Shown in pieces: positions 10,056 through 18,189 of a stretch of DNA of 64,000 bases. Each line of letters starts with the position of its first letter. Within the stretch, counting starts at the first letter, position 1. The translations under genes were made by a program, and so were the position numbers. This DNA is from Minisyncoccota bacterium (lineage in GTDB: Bacteria > Patescibacteriota > Microgenomatia > PFEM01 > JAFGMK01): assembly GCA_016927565.1 (NCBI GenBank), contig JAFGMK010000018.1:13119-77118 (forward strand). The letters are read 5' to 3'. The notes below the pieces were generated by a model, which saw only the letters and a list, made by a program, of their open reading frames with translations, was not told the origin of the DNA and ran no database searches.

Positions 10056-10186
10056 TAAAATGGCGAGACTGTTGAATAATATCTCAGCCGCTTGTCATTC
10101 TGAGGCTAAAAGCCGAAGATCCCCGTCCGGAAGAAATCCTTCGTTATGCTCAGGATGACGATGCGAAAAAGAATATCCAACACTCT
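10056..10186 (+). repeat. Structured intergenic element, family copy B (diverged and shortened), about 200 nt upstream of dnaA
   Basis: It shares TTGAATAAT, GTCATTCTGAGG, GCCGAAGA, CCTTCGTT and CTCAGGATGACG with the other copies. Its closing stem is extended to 11 bp. Confidence 0.5.
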
Positions 10187-10393
10187 CAAAACAGCTGAAC
10201 CTCCGGGATTTAATCAATTTTTTTTTCCTCTAAGCCAGAAACCAAACAATTGAAGAATCGACTCTTTAAGCTTCTGGCGGAAGCCGGCCGAGACATTTAT
10301 CCCCAACTGTTTTTTAACCCTTGACCGGTTGTGGAAAACTTGCTTAAATGATTTCTGCTGCCCTTCTTATTTGGCTTCAATTTAAGATCATTT

Positions 10394-11752
10394 ATGAACA
10401 AAGAAATTCTTTGGCAAACTGTTATTGAAACCTTAAAAATTAATCTCTCTCCAGCTAACTTTTCCACCTGGTTTCCCCAAACCTTTATCCTGAAAATTAA
10501 AAAAGTAAATAATCAACATCAAATTGTGGAAATCGCCTGTCCGTCAACCTTTGTTAAAAACACTATCGAAGATCGTTATTTTGGTCAGATCAAAGAAATT
10601 ATCGATTCCGCCACCGGCCAGAAGTCAAACCTTATTTTCTCCATCAAGCAAGCTGACCAAACCAAAACAACCGCTAATCCGCCCCTTTTCCAATCAACTC
10701 CCGCACCGGTATCAACAGTTAATCATAATAACCAGGGTCTCAATCCCCGATTCGTATTTGAAAGTTTTATTGTCGGCAGCAGCAATAATTTTGCCCATGC
10801 CGCCGCCCGGGGAATTGTGACCAATCCCGGCAAAGCTTACAACCCCTTTTTTATTTATGGCGGAGTAGGCGTCGGCAAAACCCATTTAATGCAAGCTATC
10901 GGCCACGGGATCAGCCAACATTTTCCTGACCACAAAATTATTTATGCTTCCGCTGAAACTTTCACTAATGAACTGGTTGCCAGTCTGCAAAATAAGACAA
11001 CACCAAAATTTAAAAAAAAATATCGCGAGGTTGATGTTCTACTGATTGACGACATTCAATTTATCAGCGGCAAGGAATACTCCCAGGAAGAATTTTTCCA
11101 CACTTTCAACAGTCTTTATATGAACGGCCGTCAAATCGTTTTAACCGCTGACCGGCGGCCTGAAGAAATCTCCCGCCTGGAAGACCGGCTGGTTTCCCGT
11201 TTTCTGGGAGGTTTAACCGTTGACATCCAAGCTCCGGATTACGAGATGAGACTGGCCATCCTCAAGCAAAAATGCCGTCAAAAACAAAAAGAAGTCAGCG
11301 GGGAAGTTTTGGACTTCATTGCCACTCAAGTTGAATCCAATGCCCGGGAGCTGGAAGGAGTTCTTGTCCAAATCCTCACGCTGACCGAGACCAACCGAGC
11401 TGACCTTGATCTTGATTATGTTAGAAAATTCTTTGGTGTTAAAAAGAAACAGCGATCTTTAAAAATCACCCCGGAGAAAATCGTTTCCCTAATCGCAAAA
11501 GAGAGCGGTTTTAAAATCAAAGAAATAACCGGACTTAGCCGGAAGGCCCCTCTGGTTAAAGCCCGACACTTAGCTATGTATCTTTTAAGAAATGACCTGG
11601 AACTGCCTCTGACCAAGATCGGAGAAATATTCGGCGATCGTGACCATACAACGGTGATGCATGCCACGGATAAGATTCAACGCCTTTTTACTTCCAATCA
11701 AAATTTGAGAAGCGAGGTGGTGAATTTAAGAAATAATTTATTTAAGCAATAG
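10394..11752 (+). CDS. dnaA: Chromosomal replication initiator DnaA
   Basis: Walker A GGVGVGKTHLMQAIG and Walker B LLIDDIQF are present. The C-terminus carries the DNA-binding helix LTKIGEIFGDRDHTTVMHA. Confidence 0.95.
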   Translation: MNKEILWQTVIETLKINLSPANFSTWFPQTFILKIKKVNNQHQIVEIACPSTFVKNTIEDRYFGQIKEIIDSATGQKSNLIFSIKQADQTKTTANPPLFQSTPAPVSTVNHNNQGLNPRFVFESFIVGSSNNFAHAAARGIVTNPGKAYNPFFIYGGVGVGKTHLMQAIGHGISQHFPDHKIIYASAETFTNELVASLQNKTTPKFKKKYREVDVLLIDDIQFISGKEYSQEEFFHTFNSLYMNGRQIVLTADRRPEEISRLEDRLVSRFLGGLTVDIQAPDYEMRLAILKQKCRQKQKEVSGEVLDFIATQVESNARELEGVLVQILTLTETNRADLDLDYVRKFFGVKKKQRSLKITPEKIVSLIAKESGFKIKEITGLSRKAPLVKARHLAMYLLRNDLELPLTKIGEIFGDRDHTTVMHATDKIQRLFTSNQNLRSEVVNLRNNLFKQ

Positions 11753-12099
11753 AAAATCAATAAAATAAGTTTTGCACAATCTAAGCCGACTTATTCACAT
11801 AATTATCAACAAAAAAGCCGGGGTTTTACAGACGAAAAAGGGCCAAAACAAAGTTAGCCTATAGGGCAGAAAAGTTTTCTTTGTAAGTTAGTAGGATAAT
11901 TCTGGAGTTATCCACTTTTCAGCAGGCAAAACGCAGTCGCGATTTGCACTTTTACCCAAAGACTATTAGAACTACTACTATCTTTAGATAGTATTTAATT
12001 TTTAGTTGCTGATTATTAAAGACAATGGGGATAACTATCCAAAGATTTTCTTTCTGGAAAAACATAATTATTTAATTTACAATGAGAAAGGGTCTTTTT
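11753..12099 (+). promoter_or_regulatory. Putative oriC segment in the dnaA-dnaN spacer, with DnaA-box-like 9-mers and an AT-rich stretch
   Basis: TTATTCACA lies at 11791-11799 and TTATCCACT at 11908-11916. The AT-rich run tatttaatttttagttgctgattattaaag lies at about 11985-12020. The region upstream of dnaA also holds 1-mismatch boxes, TGTGGAAAA and TTATCCCCA. Confidence 0.5.
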
Positions 12100-13221
12100 A
12101 TGAAACTGACAGTTTTACAGGAAAATTTAAATAAAGGCTTGCTAGTCGCCGCCAGGACAGTCGCTTCCCGGCCTCAGTTACCGGTTTTAACCCATGTTTT
12201 ATTGGCTGCTGACAAGGGCCGATTGAGAATCGCCTCGACTAATTTGGAAACCGGGATTAACCTTTGGGTTGGGGCTAAAATTGAAGAAGAGGGTTCAATT
12301 ACTATTCCGGCCAGGATTCTTTCTGAATTTGTTTCTTCCCTTCCCTCTGATAAGGTTGTTCTTCAAACCAAAGAAAACCTTTTAAATTTGATCTCAGGGC
12401 GTTTTAGGGCCTCTTTTAATGGCCTGTCAGCCAGTGAGTTTCCCAAAATTGCTTCAACTCAAGGAAGGCCGATTTTAACGATTGAATCTGAAACACTGAC
12501 CAAAGCTGTCAGCCAGGTAGCTTTTGCAGCGGCCGCTGATGAAACCCGGCCGGCCTTAACCGGAGTTTTCTTTTTTCCCAAAGGGGAAAATCTGAATTTA
12601 GTGGCAACTGACGGATACCGCTTGAGTCTTAAAACGCTGACATCTTCTTTAACGCCTGAGGCAAAAGAGAAATTAACCAAAGGGATAGTGGTGCCCGCTC
12701 GGGCCTTTAGTGAGGTAGCTCGGATTGCCGGCGATGAGGAAGGCAAAGTTAAATTTTATTTTATGCCCGAAAGCAGTCAGTTGATTTTTATGATTAATCA
12801 GATTGAGGTGGTGACTCGTCTGATTGAGGCGGATTTTCCGGAATTTGAAAAAATAATTCCGGTTGAAGGCAAAATCAAGGCAGAGATCGAAACCCAGGAT
12901 TTTATTCGGGTGATTAAAATGGCGGCCATTTTTGCGCGGGAAAGCGCCAACATTATCCGTTTTTCTCTGGGTAAATCCGGTGTGGAGGTAAGTGCCAATA
13001 CCGCTCAGGTAGGCGAAAATAAAAGTTTGGTAGAGGTGAAGGTGGAAGGAGGAGAAGATAAAATTGCCTTTAATTCCCGCTATCTTTTGGATTTTTTAAG
13101 CGCAGTTAGGGACGAGTCTTTTACTTTGACCATTAATGGGCCATTGAGTCCGGGTGTTTTTAAACCCTTGAAAGACAACTCTTTTCTTCATGTGATTATG
13201 CCGGTGCGGGTGCAGGAGTAG
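12100..13221 (+). CDS. dnaN: DNA polymerase III beta sliding clamp
   Basis: MKLTVLQENLNKGLLVAARTV...LTHVLL is a typical DnaN N-terminus. The ATG at 12100 has an upstream AGAAAGGG Shine-Dalgarno-like sequence; the ORF track starts 18 nt earlier. Confidence 0.9.
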   Translation: MKLTVLQENLNKGLLVAARTVASRPQLPVLTHVLLAADKGRLRIASTNLETGINLWVGAKIEEEGSITIPARILSEFVSSLPSDKVVLQTKENLLNLISGRFRASFNGLSASEFPKIASTQGRPILTIESETLTKAVSQVAFAAAADETRPALTGVFFFPKGENLNLVATDGYRLSLKTLTSSLTPEAKEKLTKGIVVPARAFSEVARIAGDEEGKVKFYFMPESSQLIFMINQIEVVTRLIEADFPEFEKIIPVEGKIKAEIETQDFIRVIKMAAIFARESANIIRFSLGKSGVEVSANTAQVGENKSLVEVKVEGGEDKIAFNSRYLLDFLSAVRDESFTLTINGPLSPGVFKPLKDNSFLHVIMPVRVQE

Positions 13222-13247
13222 ACGGGTTTGGGATTAGTTAGCTATCC

Positions 13248-13282
13248 GATCCCGGATCGAAGGATTAAGACGATCCGGGATC
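13248..13282. repeat. Palindromic element GATCCCGGATCG-N11-CGATCCGGGATC, copy 1 of 3, between convergent gene ends
   Basis: A perfect 12-bp inverted repeat with an 11-nt loop. Related copies lie at 33460-33494 and 34685-34720. Confidence 0.6.
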
Positions 13283-13298
13283 AGTCATTTTTTGTCAC

Positions 13299-14336
13299 CT
13301 ATTCTAAGTATTCTGGAGAGATGGCGGGAATGATGATGGAGAGGATAACGGCTTTTTGGTCGCTGGCAACTCCTTTACCGGAAAAGAGGTAGTGGGGAAT
13401 CAAAATATCTTCTTGAGAGTAGAAATAAACTAGCTGAACTTGATCTAGGTTGGCTGATTTAAGACCGGTGATGTTTAGAGGTATTTCCGAGTAATCATTT
13501 CCTTGACTTTTCGATGAATAATGAAGAAAGGTTATTTGACCTTGCCCTTGGTTAATGAGAGTGATTGCCTGGTCGAGGCTCGTTAAGGGATAGGTTTCTT
13601 GCTTTTCAAACTCTTGGGGTAGAAATTTGAAGACGGTTTTGGAGATTCTATTTTCTGAACCAACCCAGACGGTGAAAGGAAAGGTATTAGTGCCGAGTTG
13701 GAAGATTGGCCAGGAATCAAGTTTCTTTTGATAATTCAGCTTGATAGTGGTGGCTTTTTCAAAATCGGAAGGGAGATATTCGCCGCCACCGGATTTTAAA
13801 TAACTAATGCTTTCCTGGTCAAGCTCGAATTGATCAGGATTAAGTTTGATTTGGCTGGCAAAATTAGAGACGGCTTCTTGAGCTTTGGTTAAGTCTGGTT
13901 TCTTTCCCAGCGAAGGTTCTTGGTTAAAACGGACAAGATTTTGCCTTAGATCGCAATTTAGGCTGTAGTTTTCACTTTGCCAAAACCTAAAAAAATCATC
14001 GCTGACAAGCCGGTTTTCCTGGAGTTTAAACAGGTCGGCAATAGTCTGGCAAAATGAAATCATGTCCGGGTTTTCTGCGGCCTGATAAAGAGCCAGTTTT
14101 TGAGGAAAATCCGGCCGTTTGCCCGAAAAGCGGATATTTTGAATTTGAAATTGGCCTTGAGAATCGTTTTTAACGGTTGGTTTTTTGACCAGGGGCAGGT
14201 TGGGTTGGCTGGTTGGGGAGGGTTTTCGTCCCGGTGTTTGATTAGTCAACCAGGCCAAACCGACAATTAGAACAATTAAGATCATAATCAGCCAAAAAGC
14301 CGGTTTTTTAAAAAGGTTCTTGATTTTATTAATCAT
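13299..14336 (-). CDS. Hypothetical single-pass membrane protein with a large extracytoplasmic domain; last gene of the T4SS-like operon
   Basis: An N-terminal TM helix FWLIMILIVLIVGLAWL is followed by a 300-aa soluble region. A VirB8-like role is speculative. Confidence 0.4.
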   Translation of the reverse strand: MINKIKNLFKKPAFWLIMILIVLIVGLAWLTNQTPGRKPSPTSQPNLPLVKKPTVKNDSQGQFQIQNIRFSGKRPDFPQKLALYQAAENPDMISFCQTIADLFKLQENRLVSDDFFRFWQSENYSLNCDLRQNLVRFNQEPSLGKKPDLTKAQEAVSNFASQIKLNPDQFELDQESISYLKSGGGEYLPSDFEKATTIKLNYQKKLDSWPIFQLGTNTFPFTVWVGSENRISKTVFKFLPQEFEKQETYPLTSLDQAITLINQGQGQITFLHYSSKSQGNDYSEIPLNITGLKSANLDQVQLVYFYSQEDILIPHYLFSGKGVASDQKAVILSIIIPAISPEYLE

Positions 14337-14350
14337 GATTTTATTTTGTC

Positions 14351-17300
14351 CTAAGGACAGCTAGAACTAACATTAATTCGATCCAGATATGGCGGCAGAT
14401 AGACTTTTTCTTCAATTGGTGGCGAAGTGGCCGGAACGTAACTTAGAATGTCAACTCCCAGGCCGGGATTGCCTCTTAATTCATAGTGAAGATGATTGCC
14501 TTCTGAATTCCCGGTGCTGTTTACAAAGCCGATTAACTGACAAAAGCTGACTGAAGTATTGCCGCCGTCATCAATGTCTGAGAATTCGGTGGCAAATTTC
14601 TGTAGGTGGACGTATCGAGTTTCAAAATGGTCACAACCCAGGGACGAACATAGCTTGATCCAGTTACCGCCGGTGCCACCCTTACCGCCGTCGCGGTAAA
14701 AATAGGCGGTGCCATTATGAGTGGCGTAAACTGGGGTGCCTTCTCCGGCGGCAATGTCGATTGAATTTGAATAAGCGCCGTCGGGGTCGTGAGAGCCGCC
14801 AACAGCTCTCGGTCCTTGAGTGATAAAGCCGGAAGTAGGCCAGCCGGTGGGGATCATTTCCGAGGGGTCACCGATCTTGACGCGGGCAGAAGCGCTTTGG
14901 CTTTCGCCGATGATATTTTGTTCCGGATCGTCAGGATCAATTATTACATCGGCGGTGGCAATGACGGTGTCAATCAGCCAGGAGTCATGGATTTGACTGA
15001 TATCGGTAATTTCAACTCCGACTTGACTTTCGATCGCGCTGCGGACTAGGGCAACATCATATTCCAGAACAATTACTTCATCCGGATTTAAGATTAGTGG
15101 AATTAGCTCGGAGTTGCTGCTGTCCCAGAGCCTGATTTGATTGCCGGAGGCGTCTTTCACCACTTGATATTCGCCCTGAACATCCGGATTAAGATTGTGA
15201 ATGACAGTTTCATTGCTGACAGTAATGTTGGTCAGAGCGTTTTCTACGGCATAAATTTCGATTCGGTAATTGATAATTGCCGGCTCCTTGGTTTGAAGAG
15301 GATTAGCTACTTCCCCGGGGACGGCAGTTTTAACCACATCAATGTAGGCTGAGCTGATAATCTCTTCTTCAAAACGACCCTGGGGGGTTTCCTGGGGAGT
15401 GACCATAAAAGCGCCGCCGCTGATTAGTACCACGATAAAAGTGCTTAGAGAAATCAGAATTAAATAAAGAGCAATGATCCGGCGCAGGTTTAGCCGGATT
15501 TGCCATTGCCAGAGCCAAGCTAGAAAAGCAGTGGTGCCGGTGGTGACCAGGGTAGTGGTGGTAGTAGCGAGGACGGCGGTCGTGGCGGCAATGGTTGAAA
15601 GTGATCCGATGATGACTACGCTGCCGATAACCAATCCGGCGCCGATTAATAAGGCGGTTGGTCCCAGGGTGAAAAAGGCGGCCATTAAAAGCGGTCCGGC
15701 TAAACCCAGAATATTAAAAATCTGTTTTAAATTACCCTTAAGGCCGCCTTCTTTTTGGCCTTCACGGAAGTAACGGAAGGTGATTAATCCGCCGAAAATC
15801 TTAAAACCTCTTCTGAGCATGCCGATCGGGCCGGCGGCGATATCTATTAATAATCCCAGTGGTTTGCCGATCACTGGAATTGCCTCAACCAGACTGACGG
15901 CCATATCGTAAAAACCGAAAATTGCCAAAACTTGAGTGACTCCGGTAGGCAGGGCCAGGGCGGCAAGGTTGACAGAGCCTTTAATGCCGAGTTTTTTTGC
16001 CAGCCAGGCGGCTCCTTTGCCGGCCAATTCTGCTGCTTTTTCTTTTACAGCTTTTCTGGCAGCTTTGAGCGATTGCTGAACCCAGGCGTAAGCTTTTTTA
16101 AAAGGCCGGAGGAGGGCCCGGCTGGCCCGGCCGGCGTATTCGCCGACGAATTTGCCGGCTTGGCCGACATATCTGGCGCCGGTAGTAAATAGTTGCCGGC
16201 CTTGGGTTAAAATCCAGGCAAAGGGCCGGCCAATCCCGGAGCGGTTGAGAATAAGAATCAGTTTTTCAAGACCGGCCCCGGCTAACTTGAAGGGGGTGCC
16301 CAGGCCTTTGCCAATTATTTTCAGGGTTTTTCCTAAACCGCTGGTGATTCCCTGCCATATCTTTTTCAGCCTTTCCGGAACCTTTATTTTTTGCTTGATT
16401 TCAGCGAGTCGTAATTTCAGCTGGGGGAGGCCCAATTTTTCCCTGATTTTTTCAAGCCTGCTTTTGGTAAATCCCCGGCGCCGTTCTTTGTCAAAAGCCA
16501 GTCTCAAAGCTTCAGCGATCTTGGGATGCTCTTCTTCAAATTTCAGAAGATTATTCCTGAGATGGCGGTACTGGCCGATAAGCCCCTGATTAACATCGAT
16601 GTTGCCGGGGGCAACATCACGGAGAATCGCTTCCAGCTGGATAATCGTTTCGTCGATGTCTTCCAGCCTGACGCCATTGGCCAGAATCACCAGGGGATGC
16701 TGAGGACCGTATTGGGGGTGTTTTTCCAGGTAAGGGGCGAGTTGTTTTAGAATTTGAGAGCGGACAGGAGTCGGCGATCGGTTGAAGAAAAACTGGAAAA
16801 GGTTAGCCTCTTCTGATACAGGAGCTGGTTCTGCTGATACAGGAGCTGGTTCTGCCGGCGCCGGTGGTTCTTCGGGCCGCGTTGGGGTTGGGGAAGGGCG
16901 TCTTCTTCTGGCAGGCGCCGGAGGAGTTCTTCTCGGAGGAGGTTGATAATGGCCGGTTTCATCTACCGGCAGCTCGTCCAACTTTTTCTGAGTCTCCGGT
17001 GCTAATTCCTGTCCGATTATCTCAGGTTCAATTACGGTTTGCATTTCTGCAACCATTTTCTCAATTTCCCGGTCTTTGTCTGCAATGCTAACCCAATAGG
17101 CCTTAAGTGCTTCTTTCAAGGCTGTTTCGGCTTGTTCTCGAGTGGCGCCGGGGGGGAGATTTTGGCGGATACTTCCTAAAACGGCCTCCTTGATTTTTTG
17201 CCTGGCATATGTTTCAAAAGAATTGTCAAAGCCAGGAATGATTGCTAAAAAGGGATGAAGTTCTCTTTGTCTTTTTTTGGCTTCCTCAATGGCTTCTTGG

Positions 17301-18154
17301 ATTTCAGGCTCATCCTCCAACAGCTCGTCAAGCAGGTCGTTGAAATCGGGGGTGACGGTTACCGGGATTGGCTCATTATCACCGGCGCGGCCGTATTGAG
17401 CAATAGGGGCTTCTTCTTGCTGGGGTGACGGCCGGCTTGGCGGAGACAGAGGCGGGGTGAGGGGATGAGGAACAGTGGCTGCTGGTCTGGTTTTGGGCAG
17501 AGCAGCAGCTCTGGGCGGAGGAGGGTTGGGATTAAAATCTCGGGGAAAGGGTTTGCTTCTGACGGCATGGTCTCTCCGCCCTCCCAGATCAACATTGGCT
17601 AAGATAGTGAGTCGGCCGGGCCGGATTTCGGCGGGATTGCCGCGAGAGTCAGTGATTGGGCCTCCGTTGCTTTCCCGAATTAAAGCAAAAAGATTTTCCG
17701 GTTTTTCTTCAAGCGCCTGGGCCAGTCTTTCGGCTTCTTCTTGACTGGTTATCCAGACTGCCCGCAAAGCGTTGCTTCTGGCCCCACCGGTACCTTCATC
17801 AGGGCCTCTTTGGTCAATGTGATGACCGTGAACGGCTGCTAAAGTAATCACATCATTAGGACTGAATTTGCCTTTTAAATTTCCTTTTACTTTTGGGGGG
17901 ATGGCAGGACTGCTAAGAGGAACCTGAATAACACGGCTGTAGCCTTCCTGAGGAACATCATATCCGGGGAGAGTTAGCCGGACTTCGCTGTCAATAGGCG
18001 TGCTTTGAAGTAAATCGTAAACTTGATTATCGCCCCGGACCTGATAACCTCTGGGAGAATAATTTTCGATTGCCTGGCCTTTGATTGCAAATTTTTCTGC
18101 GTGACCAGTGGTGGATTCTGTATTAATGGCGGCCATTAGAAGTAATGATACCAA
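14351..18154 (-). CDS. Giant 1267-aa membrane protein with a C-terminal M23 (LytM) metallopeptidase domain; candidate T4SS cell-wall hydrolase
   Basis: The C-terminus carries FVNSTGNSEGNHLHYELRG and GGSHDPDGAYSNSIDIAAGEGTPVYA, which are M23 signatures. The central part has a block of 4-5 TM helices, and there are Pro-rich linkers. It sits directly downstream of VirB4. Confidence 0.7.
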   Translation of the reverse strand: MVSLLLMAAINTESTTGHAEKFAIKGQAIENYSPRGYQVRGDNQVYDLLQSTPIDSEVRLTLPGYDVPQEGYSRVIQVPLSSPAIPPKVKGNLKGKFSPNDVITLAAVHGHHIDQRGPDEGTGGARSNALRAVWITSQEEAERLAQALEEKPENLFALIRESNGGPITDSRGNPAEIRPGRLTILANVDLGGRRDHAVRSKPFPRDFNPNPPPPRAAALPKTRPAATVPHPLTPPLSPPSRPSPQQEEAPIAQYGRAGDNEPIPVTVTPDFNDLLDELLEDEPEIQEAIEEAKKRQRELHPFLAIIPGFDNSFETYARQKIKEAVLGSIRQNLPPGATREQAETALKEALKAYWVSIADKDREIEKMVAEMQTVIEPEIIGQELAPETQKKLDELPVDETGHYQPPPRRTPPAPARRRRPSPTPTRPEEPPAPAEPAPVSAEPAPVSEEANLFQFFFNRSPTPVRSQILKQLAPYLEKHPQYGPQHPLVILANGVRLEDIDETIIQLEAILRDVAPGNIDVNQGLIGQYRHLRNNLLKFEEEHPKIAEALRLAFDKERRRGFTKSRLEKIREKLGLPQLKLRLAEIKQKIKVPERLKKIWQGITSGLGKTLKIIGKGLGTPFKLAGAGLEKLILILNRSGIGRPFAWILTQGRQLFTTGARYVGQAGKFVGEYAGRASRALLRPFKKAYAWVQQSLKAARKAVKEKAAELAGKGAAWLAKKLGIKGSVNLAALALPTGVTQVLAIFGFYDMAVSLVEAIPVIGKPLGLLIDIAAGPIGMLRRGFKIFGGLITFRYFREGQKEGGLKGNLKQIFNILGLAGPLLMAAFFTLGPTALLIGAGLVIGSVVIIGSLSTIAATTAVLATTTTTLVTTGTTAFLAWLWQWQIRLNLRRIIALYLILISLSTFIVVLISGGAFMVTPQETPQGRFEEEIISSAYIDVVKTAVPGEVANPLQTKEPAIINYRIEIYAVENALTNITVSNETVIHNLNPDVQGEYQVVKDASGNQIRLWDSSNSELIPLILNPDEVIVLEYDVALVRSAIESQVGVEITDISQIHDSWLIDTVIATADVIIDPDDPEQNIIGESQSASARVKIGDPSEMIPTGWPTSGFITQGPRAVGGSHDPDGAYSNSIDIAAGEGTPVYATHNGTAYFYRDGGKGGTGGNWIKLCSSLGCDHFETRYVHLQKFATEFSDIDDGGNTSVSFCQLIGFVNSTGNSEGNHLHYELRGNPGLGVDILSYVPATSPPIEEKVYLPPYLDRINVSSSCP

Positions 18155-18189
18155 TTTTCGGCTTGGGAGTAAATAGGCGGGGACTCTTT

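Noticed and set aside
14533-17847. Multiple 60-145-aa ORFs on both strands overlapping the 1267-aa gene, and 20237-20572 and 21633-22172 overlapping the T4SS genes
   Set aside because: These are shadow ORFs in a long, high-confidence coding region.
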